Shown piece after piece: positions 18,332 through 28,573 of a stretch of 64,000 nucleotides of DNA; positions within the stretch are counted from its first letter, which is position 1; each line of letters begins with the position of its first letter. A model generated the notes under the pieces. The model did not search any database and had not been told where the DNA came from. It was given only the letters and a program-made list of their open reading frames with translations. The position numbers and the translations under genes are program-made. Origin of the DNA: Minisyncoccota bacterium (GTDB taxonomy: Bacteria > Patescibacteriota > Minisyncoccia > Phycocordibacterales > UBA9973); NCBI GenBank assembly GCA_028718635.1, contig JAQULK010000001.1, positions 316,692 through 380,691 on the forward strand, written 5' to 3'.

Positions 18332-18916
18332 ATGAAATTAATCCTTGGTTCATCTTCAAAATATAGAAAAAATATTCTTAAAAAAGCTGGATATGTTTTT
18401 GATATTTTAGTTCCTGATATTGATGAAAAATTAATTGAAATAAATGATCCATATCAAAGACCCTTGGTTGTAGCTCGAGCTAAGGCTGAGATTTTAATTC
18501 CTCAAATAAAAGAACCTGCTTTGCTTATTACTTCTGATGTTATTGCCGTGTGCAATGGAAAAGTGCGTGAGAAGCCAAACACTAAAGAAGAGGCTCGGGA
18601 ATTTTTGAGAGAATATAGTAAGGGGATAGTGCCCGAAGGCGTGACTGCCATTGTAATTTACAATACAGTAACAAAAAAATATTATGAAGCTATTGATATA
18701 GCTCGAGTTTTCTTTGATGAATTTTCGGAAGCTGTGATAGAAGATTTTATAGAAAATGGCGACGTTCTCGGCCGAGCCGGCGGATTTGGTGTTCAATCTC
18801 CAATACTTCGACCCTATGTGAAAGAAATCAAGGGCGACGAAGAATCAATTGTCGGTATGCCTGTCGCCTTACTAAAAAAATTACTCAAACAAGCAGGATA
18901 CCAAATAGGTTTTTAA
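18332..18916 (+). CDS. maf: Maf-family nucleotide pyrophosphatase
   Basis: LILGSSSKYR, DIDE, KA, EKP, AGGF, VGMP. Confidence 0.9.
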   Translation: MKLILGSSSKYRKNILKKAGYVFDILVPDIDEKLIEINDPYQRPLVVARAKAEILIPQIKEPALLITSDVIAVCNGKVREKPNTKEEAREFLREYSKGIVPEGVTAIVIYNTVTKKYYEAIDIARVFFDEFSEAVIEDFIENGDVLGRAGGFGVQSPILRPYVKEIKGDEESIVGMPVALLKKLLKQAGYQIGF

Positions 18917-20829
18917 TTTGTTTTTGCCATTTGGAATTTAATATTTTCTTCTTTGCCTTCTGTTATATTGCTTATTTGAAAAACAGAATTTTGTTGGGTA
19001 ATGTTTTTTACTGCTGTCATCGAGCCGTCTTTAAATAATTTTAATTCTAAAAGCATGCCTTTCATTGTCGGCTTGCTCCAAGATTGGTCAAAAATAAAAT
19101 TGCCAAGTGAATAGGCAATATAACCATTTTTGTAAATTTCGGTATCTTCTACGATATGCGGGTGTGAACCAATAATAATTTTTGCACCATCATCAATCGC
19201 TCTATGGGCTAATTCCTCTTGTCTTGCGTTATGTTTTGTCTGATACTCTACGCCGAAGTGAAAAGCGACGACTAAATAATCCACTTGTTTAGCTGCATTT
19301 TTAATTATTTGATCAAAATTGGGATTGTTTGCGAGGAGAATGCCTGCTTTGCCAGCGTCGGCAGGCAAATTGTTCGGACCAACGTCAGAAAATCCCAGGT
19401 AGCCGATCTTCATTCCATATTTTTCAATAATGGCTGGAGTTTCAGCTTCTGTTGCATTGTTTCCTCCGCCAGTATAAAGGATTTCATTTTCTTTTAGACG
19501 CGCGAGCGTATCAATAAAGGCGTTATGTCCCCAATCATTAATATGATTGTTTGCCAAAGACAAAACGCTTAAACCTGCACCTTTAAGAGTCGGGATGACG
19601 ACGGGATCCATTCTAAAGGAATATAAATTTTTCTGATCTGCCCCTTTGTCCGAAACTGGACCTTCCAAGTTAGCAAAGAAGATGTCCGTGTTTTTTGATA
19701 ATTCAAGCAAGGTGTCTGATTTTTCAAAAAGCTGAGAATAGTCATTGTTGAAATTTTTTATGACTGAATTTTTTACGCCGCGATCGAGCATTATGTCGCC
19801 GGCAAAAGACAAGGTAATAAAATTCTGATCTCTGATGTCCGGCATTCCGATTTTTTCCTGCACCCAATTCGTATTTATATCAGCAGCTCCGCCGTAGTAA
19901 ACATTTTTCCTTAAATATTTTAAAAGAGTTTCTACGTCATTATGACGGTCAGAACTTTGAAGTAAGGTAATGGCAATGGGTTGAGAACCAGTTTTTCCAA
20001 GAGGCAGATCAAAGAGAGAAACGACGGTTTCCTTTGCAGGGTCTGTATAACCGCTTTTTCCTCCCATGTATCCTTCATTCTTCAGGAACTGGCTAATGTT
20101 TGACCAACTGTGAGTTTTGGTGGAATAACTGTTTTTGGTAGTGATTTTAAATAAATCCGATTTTTGCTGAGCTATATAACCGGCCAATTTAAACATATCG
20201 GACACGGTTGATTGATTGTGGGAAGTGAGTCCGCTAGGGTCTTCATAAGAAGTAGAATTCATTTGCAGAGCTCTCGCTTCCTGATTCATTTTCGCGATGA
20301 AACTGCTTCTGCCGAAATATAAAGCAAGCGCTTCCGCTGCGTCGTTGCTTGATTCCAAAAGGAGCGGGTATATTAGATCAGAGATTTTTATTTTTTCTCC
20401 CAATCTCAATTCTCCGTTTTGGCCGGAAGTTGAGAGGGCGGTCTTGGTTATTTTGGTCGTCTCGTTTGGGTTTGCTAATTTACTGGCAACGAGCGCGGTC
20501 ATTAATTTGGAGGTAGAGGCAATCGGAAATTTTTGATCTTGATTTTTTGCAAGAATTACTTCTCCGGTATTCAAGTCGCCGACTAGATAAGCTTTAGCAG
20601 AAACTTTTGGTCCACCTTTTGTATCATTGTTTATATAATAATATTGGAGTTTTGTTGATTCTGGGGCGACAAGTTGGACTACTGAGGCCTCGTTATTTTT
20701 TGTTTGGAATATTTTTATAGAATTAATATTGTTAAAAATAAAGGATACAAAAAAAATACCAAGTATTATTGGAGGCATTGTCCAAAATATTAATTTTGTT
20801 TTATTTTTTATTTCTTTAATAAATTTCAT
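18913..20829 (-). CDS. D-Ala-D-Ala carboxypeptidase (S11) fused to a CapA/PGA_cap metallophosphatase domain
   Basis: IASTSKLMT (SxxK), SSND, KSGYT; GDIMLDR, ANNHINDWG, HFGVEY, GSHPH, YSLGNFIFDQ. Confidence 0.88.
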   Translation of the reverse strand: MKFIKEIKNKTKLIFWTMPPIILGIFFVSFIFNNINSIKIFQTKNNEASVVQLVAPESTKLQYYYINNDTKGGPKVSAKAYLVGDLNTGEVILAKNQDQKFPIASTSKLMTALVASKLANPNETTKITKTALSTSGQNGELRLGEKIKISDLIYPLLLESSNDAAEALALYFGRSSFIAKMNQEARALQMNSTSYEDPSGLTSHNQSTVSDMFKLAGYIAQQKSDLFKITTKNSYSTKTHSWSNISQFLKNEGYMGGKSGYTDPAKETVVSLFDLPLGKTGSQPIAITLLQSSDRHNDVETLLKYLRKNVYYGGAADINTNWVQEKIGMPDIRDQNFITLSFAGDIMLDRGVKNSVIKNFNNDYSQLFEKSDTLLELSKNTDIFFANLEGPVSDKGADQKNLYSFRMDPVVIPTLKGAGLSVLSLANNHINDWGHNAFIDTLARLKENEILYTGGGNNATEAETPAIIEKYGMKIGYLGFSDVGPNNLPADAGKAGILLANNPNFDQIIKNAAKQVDYLVVAFHFGVEYQTKHNARQEELAHRAIDDGAKIIIGSHPHIVEDTEIYKNGYIAYSLGNFIFDQSWSKPTMKGMLLELKLFKDGSMTAVKNITQQNSVFQISNITEGKEENIKFQMAKTN

Positions 20830-22871
20830 TATATTAAAACATAGTCTATAGTTTTTTTCTCCAAATCAACTGCTTTTACTTTTATTTTAACATGATCGCC
20901 AAGACGATATCTTTTTCCTTGCCTACCGGCAGGCGGGTTCTTTTTTTGCCCGACCAATTCTAGTTTTTTTTCATTAAAAATATAAAAGTCGTCTTTCATA
21001 TCTCGTACTCGTACGAGGCCTTCGCATTTTGTACCTATCTCTTCAACATACATACCCCACTCAGTTATGCCACTTATCACTCCATCAAAACTTTCCCCTT
21101 TGCGTTTAGACATATATTCCACTTGTTTGTATTTTATGGATGCTCGTTCGGCTTCCGTTGCCCGTTTTTCTTGTTCAGAAGCGATTATGACAATTCTTTC
21201 ATATTCTAATAATTTTTCTTTTAATTTATTATTTGTCACTTTTTTCTTTGCAAGATAATCACTCAATAATCTATGGATCATAATGTCTGGATATCTTCTG
21301 ATTGGGGAAGTGAAATGCGTGTAATATTCAAAAGCTAAGCCATAATGGCCGATATTTTTTGTAGAATAAGTTGCTTTGGCCATAGACCTGATCACGGCGC
21401 GATGTACCGTATCACTCATTATTTTGTTTGGGTTTTTGCTTTTTAAATCTTCAAGTAATTTATTTATTTCATGAGTTGGAATTATCCCGTCTTGTAATGA
21501 TACTTTGTGTCCCAAGCTTCGTAAGAAAAATGCGAGATCAGCCATTTTCTCTTTTGATGGTTCATCATGGATGCGATAAATGGAAATATCTTTTGAGAGA
21601 ACTTTTGCCACTTTTTTATTTGCCAGCAACATAAACTCTTCAACTAGTCTATTGGAATCACCTCGTTCTTTTTTTATTACTTTTATCGGGGTACCCTTAT
21701 CATCTAAAATAAATTTAACTTCTTCTTGGTCAAGTGATATAGCGCCTTTAGCAAATCTTTCTTTGGTTAATTTTTTTGCTAAATTATTCAAAATGGAAAG
21801 CTCTTTATGTAGGGGAGCATTTTCATTTTTTATTGCCTCGCCCGTAGGGCTATGGCCGAGGGCTTTTTCTGCTTCTTCATATGTAAATCTTTTTTTAGAA
21901 TGTATTACAGTGCGACCAAACCATTCATCTTTTATTTCTGCGTTTTTATTAATAATAAATACTGCGCTCATGGTGAGTCGATCTTTGTGGGGGACTAAAC
22001 TGCACAAATCATTCGAAAGAGTTTCCGGGAGCATCGGTATTGTTCTGTCTACTAGATAAACCGAGGTTCCTCTTGTGCGGGCTTCTTCATCTAAAGCGCT
22101 GCCAGGTCTCACATAGTGAGACACGTCTGCTATATGGATGCCGACTTCATACACCTCACCCCCTAGCCCCCTCTCCTTATTAAGGAGAGGGGGGAGAATA
22201 CGAAAAGAAATTGCGTCATCAAAATCTTTTGCATCCTCTGGATCAATCGTAAAAGTTAGTGTTTTTGTGAAATCCCGACGTCCTTCATAATCACTTTTTC
22301 TTATTCCTTCGCGCTTTATTTTTTTTGCTTCTTCTTCTACTTTATTTGGAAGTTCTGAATCAAAACCTTTTTCTATCGCAATTGCATTCATCTCGGTAGT
22401 GTTGTCACCAGGTTTTCCCAAGATTTTTATTACTTTTCCAATGGGAGCTTTTTGCGCGTCTTTCCATGAAACTATTTCCACAAAAACTTTTTGCCCGATT
22501 TTTGCGTTATTCAAATTTTCTTTTGGAATCAAAATATCCGTGTACATTTTCGTGTCATCTGTTTTCAAAAAAACTACATTTTTTTCTTGTTCCAAAACTC
22601 CGGTAAAACGCATTTTTGCGCGAGAAATTATTTTTACTACTTCGGCAGTCTGGCGTTTCTGGCTTTTTGGGTGGAGAAGTATCTCCACCATATCTCCGTG
22701 AAGCGCAGTATTCAAATGCTTAAAATCAATTTCCGGATCTTGTTCTTTATTTTTTCCTATTCCTACGGCTACATATCCCGTGCCTTTTGAGGAGATAGAA
22801 ATAATGCCCTCGGCCATAGACCTACGGGCGAGGTCTTGCCGTATGTGTTGTTTATTTAAATTATTTTTCAC
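20829..22871 (-). CDS. rnr: Ribonuclease R; start adjusted to GTG 22871
   Basis: TIDPEDAKDFDDA, HIADVS, EEFMLLAN, HFTSPIRRYPD, S1 domain. Confidence 0.95.
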   Translation of the reverse strand: MKNNLNKQHIRQDLARRSMAEGIISISSKGTGYVAVGIGKNKEQDPEIDFKHLNTALHGDMVEILLHPKSQKRQTAEVVKIISRAKMRFTGVLEQEKNVVFLKTDDTKMYTDILIPKENLNNAKIGQKVFVEIVSWKDAQKAPIGKVIKILGKPGDNTTEMNAIAIEKGFDSELPNKVEEEAKKIKREGIRKSDYEGRRDFTKTLTFTIDPEDAKDFDDAISFRILPPLLNKERGLGGEVYEVGIHIADVSHYVRPGSALDEEARTRGTSVYLVDRTIPMLPETLSNDLCSLVPHKDRLTMSAVFIINKNAEIKDEWFGRTVIHSKKRFTYEEAEKALGHSPTGEAIKNENAPLHKELSILNNLAKKLTKERFAKGAISLDQEEVKFILDDKGTPIKVIKKERGDSNRLVEEFMLLANKKVAKVLSKDISIYRIHDEPSKEKMADLAFFLRSLGHKVSLQDGIIPTHEINKLLEDLKSKNPNKIMSDTVHRAVIRSMAKATYSTKNIGHYGLAFEYYTHFTSPIRRYPDIMIHRLLSDYLAKKKVTNNKLKEKLLEYERIVIIASEQEKRATEAERASIKYKQVEYMSKRKGESFDGVISGITEWGMYVEEIGTKCEGLVRVRDMKDDFYIFNEKKLELVGQKKNPPAGRQGKRYRLGDHVKIKVKAVDLEKKTIDYVLI
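20917..20937 (-). repeat. CCTGCC-type palindrome in frame in rnr (PPAGRQG)
   Basis: CCTTGCCTACCGGCAGGCGGG; matches the intergenic 39917 palindrome. Confidence 0.75.
21835..21863 (-). repeat. Family G element in frame in rnr (ALGHSPTGEA)
   Basis: GCCCTCGGCCATAGCCCTACGGGCGAGGC on the minus strand. Confidence 0.8.
22153..22197 (-). repeat. Family E element in frame in rnr (LPPLLNKERGLGGEV)
   Basis: CCCCCTCTCCTTATTAAGGAGAGGGGG; matches intergenic copies at 23915 and 45137. Confidence 0.85.
22806..22833 (+). repeat. Family G element in frame near the rnr 5' end, opposite orientation (LARRSMAEG)
   Basis: GCCCTCGGCCATAGACCTACGGGCGAGG. Confidence 0.8.
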
Positions 22872-22909
22872 CTTATAAATATAGCATAATTTAAACAACC
22901 ATAGAGTGA

Positions 22910-22937
22910 TTGACAATCATTTAAAATATGGTAGAAT
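22910..22937 (+). promoter_or_regulatory. Sigma70 promoter, probably leaderless
   Basis: TTGACA-16-(TG)TAGAAT, 7 nt before ATG 22945. Confidence 0.7.
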
Positions 22938-22944
22938 CAAGGTT

Positions 22945-23553
22945 ATGGATAAAGTATCAAACAAATGGAAAAAGTTCTCAATGTTTACAGTTGTAATTCT
23001 AATGGTTTTTTTGAATTCTATTACACCGGTATTAGCATATGATGAAAGCTTCGAAACTGATATGCCTTTTTATACAGGTGTTGATTATGATACAGGCGTT
23101 AATTATATGTATGGTACGAATTACGACTCAGGTGCTTTTTTTGAAAGTGGCGAAATTTACATTACTGGTGAAGATTTCGGCACAGGTGAAATCTTTTGGA
23201 CCGGAACTGATTATTATACTGGTGTCACGTATCAAATTGGACAAACCTTTGATACCGGATCAAATTTCAGTACCGGCGTTACTTTTAGAGTAGGTAATAC
23301 TGAATACGTCGGTATTGCCTATCGAACTGGTCAAAATTTAAGAACTGGTGTTAATTATTACACTGGAATCGCATATCAAACTGGCCAAATATTTAATGCG
23401 GGGGAAAATTATTCAACTGGTATGTTTTTAGGAACAGGCAATAATTACTCTACTGGCACTATGTACCGAACTGGCCAAACTTTTGGAACCGGTACTACAT
23501 ACAATACTGGCACTATGTATAATACTGGTCAGGTTGTGAGAATGGGAAGTTAA
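22945..23553 (+). CDS. Secreted hexapeptide-repeat protein, xTGxx(Y/F); start adjusted to ATG 22945
   Basis: Signal peptide ending VLA-Y, then about 26 six-residue repeats. Confidence 0.75.
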   Translation: MDKVSNKWKKFSMFTVVILMVFLNSITPVLAYDESFETDMPFYTGVDYDTGVNYMYGTNYDSGAFFESGEIYITGEDFGTGEIFWTGTDYYTGVTYQIGQTFDTGSNFSTGVTFRVGNTEYVGIAYRTGQNLRTGVNYYTGIAYQTGQIFNAGENYSTGMFLGTGNNYSTGTMYRTGQTFGTGTTYNTGTMYNTGQVVRMGS

Positions 23554-23607
23554 ATTCAATTTTATTTTTTTGTTTGCCTTTTTAATAATTTATGCTAAGC
23601 TCTACTT

Positions 23608-23916
23608 ATGTTAAAAATAAGACTTCAGAGAATAGGAAGGAAAAATGATCCGGCGTTTCGGGTTGTTTTGACTGATTCAAAAAATAGCACCAAAAGCGGA
23701 CGATTTTTAGAAATTGTCGGAACTTATAATCCAAAAGCCGGAGAGACAAAATTCGAGGCTGAAAGAATAAAATATTGGATGTCAAAAGGCGCGAAGCTTT
23801 CCGACACAATGCACAATTTTTTGGTGTATCAAAAAGTTATTGAAGGCAAGAAAGTAAATGTTTTGCCTAAAAAGAAACCAACTGTTAAAAGAAAGGAATT
23901 GAAAGCCAAAAGATAA
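23608..23916 (+). CDS. rpsP: 30S ribosomal protein S16
   Basis: MLKIRLQRIG, GRFLEIVGTYNP. Confidence 0.97.
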   Translation: MLKIRLQRIGRKNDPAFRVVLTDSKNSTKSGRFLEIVGTYNPKAGETKFEAERIKYWMSKGAKLSDTMHNFLVYQKVIEGKKVNVLPKKKPTVKRKELKAKR

Positions 23917-23977
23917 TTCACCTCACCCGGCCTTTGGCCACCCTCTCCTTAATAAGGAGAGGGGCTGGGGGTGAGGT
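23915..23977. repeat. Family E full-length intergenic element
   Basis: ACCTCACCC...CCCTCTCCTTAATAAGGAGAGGG...GGGTGAGGT; near-identical inverted copy at 45137. Confidence 0.9.
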
Positions 23978-24077
23978 CTTATTGCTACAAAATTTTAATT
24001 AGTTATAATTACAGGTATAGCAGTATGTCAGGTCGTAACACTGCAAGTTTAGTAAAAGATTAAATTAAAAAAACATT

Positions 24078-24440
24078 ATGGAAGAAGCTGATAAGACATT
24101 TCTAGAATACGTAGTGAAAGCTCTAGTCGACAATCCAAACGATGTGAAAATCGAACGTACTTTAGATGAGATGGGAGTTCTTATAACTCTCACAGTAAAC
24201 CCTGCCGATATGGGTAAAATTATCGGAAGAATGGGCAATACGGCAAAAGCTATCCGCACCTTGCTTCGCATCATTGGTATGAAAAATAACGCTCGTGTTA
24301 ACCTAAAGATCAATGAACCTGAGGGCTCCGTCAGACCCGAAAGGGCTGAACGACCAGCGGGATCAATGGGAGGGCATATGAGTTCTGCTCCAACAATGAA
24401 AACGGTTGATCAGGCGATGGAAGACTTGAAAGGAATCTAG
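24078..24440 (+). CDS. khpA: KH-domain RNA-binding protein KhpA
   Basis: DMGKIIGRMGNTAKAIRTLL; rpsP-khpA-trmD synteny. Confidence 0.9.
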   Translation: MEEADKTFLEYVVKALVDNPNDVKIERTLDEMGVLITLTVNPADMGKIIGRMGNTAKAIRTLLRIIGMKNNARVNLKINEPEGSVRPERAERPAGSMGGHMSSAPTMKTVDQAMEDLKGI

Positions 24441-24445
24441 TTTTT

Positions 24446-24527
24446 AAAAAGAGCGAATACAAAAATTTTCTGGCACGCAAGAAGGGTCCAGTGCGTGCAG
24501 GCGAAAACTTTTGTATTCGCTCTTTTT
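24446..24527. repeat. 82-bp long hairpin element or terminator
   Basis: 19-bp IR AAAAAGAGCGAATACAAAA...TTTTGTATTCGCTCTTTTT with inner GCACGCA/TGCGTGC stem. Confidence 0.7.
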
Positions 24528-24544
24528 TTGTGTATTATGTCTAT

Positions 24545-25180
24545 ATGCGTTTTCATATAATTACAATTTTTCCCAATATTTATGATTCATACATGAATGA
24601 GTCTATTATCGGGCGAGCAATCAAAGATAAAAAAATAAAAATTCTTTTTTATAATCCCATGAGTTTTTGTAAGCCGAAGGAGCGGGTGGATGGCAGGCCG
24701 TATGGAGGAGGCCCCGGGATGGTATTAAGACCAGAATTTTTTCTTAAGGCCTTTTCTAAAATTAAAATTAAAGACAAGAAGAAAACAAAAATTATTTTAT
24801 TTTCACCAAGTGGTAAAAAATTTGATACAAATTATGCAAAAAAATCTGTACAAAAATATACAGATATTATTATGATTTCTGGACGTTATGAGGGTATAGA
24901 CGCAAGAGTGCAGAAAATTCTTAAAGCTGAAGAAATCTCAATAGGTGATTATGTGCTAACGGGCGGAGATCTTCCAGCTATGGTTTTAATAGATTCTATT
25001 TCAAGACAGATCCCTGGCGTGCTTGGTAAATATGAATCTTTAGAAGAAGAAAGAGTTTCATCAAGCGAAGTTTACACCCGTCCAGAAGTTTTAAAATATA
25101 AAGGTAAAAATTATAGAGTGCCAAAAGTTCTTCTCTCTGGGAATCATAAAAAAATAGAAGAGTGGAGAAAAAAGAAATAA
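24545..25180 (+). CDS. trmD: tRNA (m1G37) methyltransferase; start adjusted to ATG 24545
   Basis: PYGGGPGMV, GRYEGID, SIGDYVLTGG, YTRP. Confidence 0.96.
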   Translation: MRFHIITIFPNIYDSYMNESIIGRAIKDKKIKILFYNPMSFCKPKERVDGRPYGGGPGMVLRPEFFLKAFSKIKIKDKKKTKIILFSPSGKKFDTNYAKKSVQKYTDIIMISGRYEGIDARVQKILKAEEISIGDYVLTGGDLPAMVLIDSISRQIPGVLGKYESLEEERVSSSEVYTRPEVLKYKGKNYRVPKVLLSGNHKKIEEWRKKK

Positions 25181-25398
25181 TCCACAACATTTATTTGACA
25201 AAAGAGATGAAATAGAGTAGGGTGTTTAGGATTCATTGATTGAGTATCGGATGCAATCTTATTGTTTAATTATAAGGTTTTTAACTTAATCATATCTAAA
25301 TAATCTAAATAAATCTTGAGAAGCTAAAGAAAAGCATTTTTCATCTGTTTTTCTTTGATTTTTCTTTACTTTATTTTCTTTGTTTAGGCTAAATAACT

Positions 25399-28300
25399 AT
25401 GGCTAAAGAAATAAGCGTAAACAAGCGTCCAAAAAAGTATTTTAATAGATACAAAAAGCCTTTGGTGGAATTTCCGAATTTAATCGAAGCTCAATTAAAA
25501 AGTTTCAAATGGCTAGTGGAAACCGGCATTGGAGAAGTCTTTAAAGAATTTTCTCCTATTATAGATTACTCTGGAAAAAAGTTCCAATTGGAATTCACCT
25601 CTTTTTCTTTGAGTGAATCAAAAGTTGATGAACATAATTCTAAAATAAATAAACTTTCTTACCAAGGTTTGCTTAAAGCTAGAGTAAAATTGACTAATAA
25701 AATTCTCGGCACTGTGAAAGAACAAGAGATTTTTATGTCTGAATTTCCTCTGATGACTTCTCATGGGACTTTTATTATCAACGGAGTGGAGCGCGTCATC
25801 GTACCACAGCTTGCCCGAAGCTTCGGAGTATTTTTTACAGAGTCTGAAAGCAAAGGCAATAAATATTTCGGCGCGAAAATTATTCCAGCTCGTGGAGTTT
25901 GGATTGAAATAGAATCAGAATCAGATGGAGGGATTTATATAAGAATAGACAAAAAGAGAAAATTTCCTGCGATGTCATTATTGCGCGCTCTGGGCTATGA
26001 GAGCAATGAAATGATTTTGAAAGCGTTTGCCGGCAATTCTACCGTAGAAGAAATAATCAAAGCCTCCTTGGCAAAAGAAGGGGATAAAAGTTTAAATGAC
26101 GCTTATGTTGAGATCTATAAGCGTCTTCGAGATGGCGACATGGCGACCGCTGATAATGCCAGAGAATTCATTCATTCTTTATTTACAGCGGAGAGATACG
26201 ACCTTTCTCCAGTAGGGCGATTTAGATTCAATCAGCGCTTCGGGAAGGGAATGGGGGAGGACGAAATGGCTCGCAGAATAATTTCTAAAGAAGATTTGGT
26301 TACTGTAATTTCTCATATCATTACTTTAAATAATACGCCTCTTGCAAAAGCTGATGATATAGACCATTTAGGCCAAAGACGAGTGCGTTTTGTCGGAGAA
26401 ATACTCCAGCAAAAAGTGCGCACAGGCATGATGCAGATCAAAAGAAATATTCAAGACCGCATGTCTATTATTGATGTCGATACGGCCATGCCTATCGCCA
26501 TCATCAATCAGCGTCCGCTTCAAGCCCGCATTAAGGAATTTTTCACTACCAACCAGCTTTCACAATTTATGGCGCAAGAAAATGTGCTTTGTGAAATGGA
26601 GCATCTACGCACGCTATCGGCTCTTGGCCCCGGAGGTCTTACTCGAGAACGAGCAGGTTTGGAAGTGCGTGACGTGCACCCTTCTCATTACGGAAGAGTG
26701 TGCCCGATCCATACCCCGGAAGGTCCGAACATCGGGCTTATTTTACATCTTTCAACATACGCAAAAATAAATGATTTTGGAATTATCGAAACTCCTTATG
26801 TAAAAGTTAAAAACGGCAAGATAACCGGAGAAATTGTTTATATGAATGCGCTTGAAGAAGAAAAATACAATATTGCCCATGCTGGAATTCCTTATGATGA
26901 GAATGGCAAAATTACTAAAGAAAAAGTCGAAGCAAGAATTAAAACAGAGCCGGGAATGGTTTCTCCAGATGCTGTTGATTTTATTGATGTTGCTCCAAAC
27001 CAAGCTTTTTCTATAGCAACTTCCATGGTTCCATTTTTGGAACACAACAATGCAAACCGAGCGCTCATGGGAAGTAATATGCAGAAACAAGCTGTGCCTT
27101 GCGTGTTGCCGGAAATGCCGCTTGTCGCAACTGGAGTTGAAGAATTAGCGGCGCGAGACTCAGGCAGGTTAGTCATTGCATCTGAGGATGGTGTTGTTTC
27201 ATATTTAGATGCTAAAAAAATAGTTGTTAAGGGTAAAACAGAAAAAACTTATAATTTAATTAATTTCCTAAGGAACAACAACTTTGCCGTCTTTCATCAG
27301 CGTCCTTTGGTAAATGTCGGAGATAAAATAAAAAAGGGTGACGTACTTGCAGACACGAGCAGTACCGTGAATGGACAAATTTCTATCGGCCAAAATATTT
27401 TTGTGGCCTTTTTGTCCTGGGCTGGATCGACTTATGAAGATGCGATTGTTATTTCTGAACGCTTGGTAAAAAAGAGCAAATTTACATCTGTCTATGTTGA
27501 AGAATTTATTTGCGCAGTTCGCGACACCAAGCTCGGCCCCGAAATTACCACGCGAGATATTCCAAACGTGGGAGAGCTTCGATTGAAAGATTTGGATGAA
27601 GATGGAATCATCCGTATCGGTGCGGAAGTCAGAGAGAATGATATTTTAGTCGGGAAGATTACGCCGAAAGGGGAAACCGAGCTTACTCCGGAAGAACGTC
27701 TCCTTCGTTCGATCTTTGCCGAAAAAGCGCGCGATGTGAAAGATACTTCTCTTCGCATGGAACACGGCAAGCGCGGACGCATTATCGGGGTAAAGATTTT
27801 TTCCCGCAGTCTAGGGCATACGCTTGAAGCAGGCATTATCAAAAAAATAGTGATAGAAGTCGCTCAGATTAGAAATATTTCGGTTGGAGACAAAATTTCA
27901 GGCAGGCACGGAAACAAAGGAGTCATCTCTACGATTCTTCCAGAAGAAGATATGCCTTACATGGCTGACGGGACACCCATAGATGTCATTCTCTCTCCGC
28001 TTGGAGTTCCTTCTCGTATGAATCTGGGGCAAATTTTGGAAATACATTTAGGGATGGCCGCAAACAGCCTAGGTTATCAAGCGATAGTTCCTCCATTCTT
28101 AGGAGCAAAACATGAAGAAATTCAGGAAGAACTAAAAAAGGCTGGTTTGCCTGAAAATGGCAAGTTGAAACTTTTTGACGGGCGCACAGGAGAAGCTTTC
28201 CAGCAAGATGTGGCAGTCGGATATATGTATATGCTTAAACTGCATCACATGGTGGAAGACAAGATCCATATGCGTTCAGTGGGTCCTTATTCTCTCATCA

Positions 28301-28572
28301 CCCAACAGCCTCTCGGAGGAAAAGCTCAAGGCGGAGGACAAAGATTTGGAGAAATGGAGGTCTGGGCGCTCGAAGGTTACGGCGCGGCCTATACGCTTCG
28401 CGAAATGCTTACTATCAAGTCGGATGACATCCTCGGACGTTCTGCAGCCTTTGATTCTATTATCAAAAATGAAACGATTAAAGCGCCGAATTCTCCCGCT
28501 TCATTCAATGTGCTCTTAAATTATTTAAGGGGTCTAGCACTTGATATTGATTTAAAAAAGGAAAATAAATAA
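25399..28572 (+). CDS. rpoB: RNA polymerase beta subunit
   Basis: GTFIINGVERV, QLSQFM, TPEGPNIG, GRHGNKG, GGQRFGEMEVW. Confidence 0.99.
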   Translation: MAKEISVNKRPKKYFNRYKKPLVEFPNLIEAQLKSFKWLVETGIGEVFKEFSPIIDYSGKKFQLEFTSFSLSESKVDEHNSKINKLSYQGLLKARVKLTNKILGTVKEQEIFMSEFPLMTSHGTFIINGVERVIVPQLARSFGVFFTESESKGNKYFGAKIIPARGVWIEIESESDGGIYIRIDKKRKFPAMSLLRALGYESNEMILKAFAGNSTVEEIIKASLAKEGDKSLNDAYVEIYKRLRDGDMATADNAREFIHSLFTAERYDLSPVGRFRFNQRFGKGMGEDEMARRIISKEDLVTVISHIITLNNTPLAKADDIDHLGQRRVRFVGEILQQKVRTGMMQIKRNIQDRMSIIDVDTAMPIAIINQRPLQARIKEFFTTNQLSQFMAQENVLCEMEHLRTLSALGPGGLTRERAGLEVRDVHPSHYGRVCPIHTPEGPNIGLILHLSTYAKINDFGIIETPYVKVKNGKITGEIVYMNALEEEKYNIAHAGIPYDENGKITKEKVEARIKTEPGMVSPDAVDFIDVAPNQAFSIATSMVPFLEHNNANRALMGSNMQKQAVPCVLPEMPLVATGVEELAARDSGRLVIASEDGVVSYLDAKKIVVKGKTEKTYNLINFLRNNNFAVFHQRPLVNVGDKIKKGDVLADTSSTVNGQISIGQNIFVAFLSWAGSTYEDAIVISERLVKKSKFTSVYVEEFICAVRDTKLGPEITTRDIPNVGELRLKDLDEDGIIRIGAEVRENDILVGKITPKGETELTPEERLLRSIFAEKARDVKDTSLRMEHGKRGRIIGVKIFSRSLGHTLEAGIIKKIVIEVAQIRNISVGDKISGRHGNKGVISTILPEEDMPYMADGTPIDVILSPLGVPSRMNLGQILEIHLGMAANSLGYQAIVPPFLGAKHEEIQEELKKAGLPENGKLKLFDGRTGEAFQQDVAVGYMYMLKLHHMVEDKIHMRSVGPYSLITQQPLGGKAQGGGQRFGEMEVWALEGYGAAYTLREMLTIKSDDILGRSAAFDSIIKNETIKAPNSPASFNVLLNYLRGLALDIDLKKENK

Positions 28573-28573
28573 T

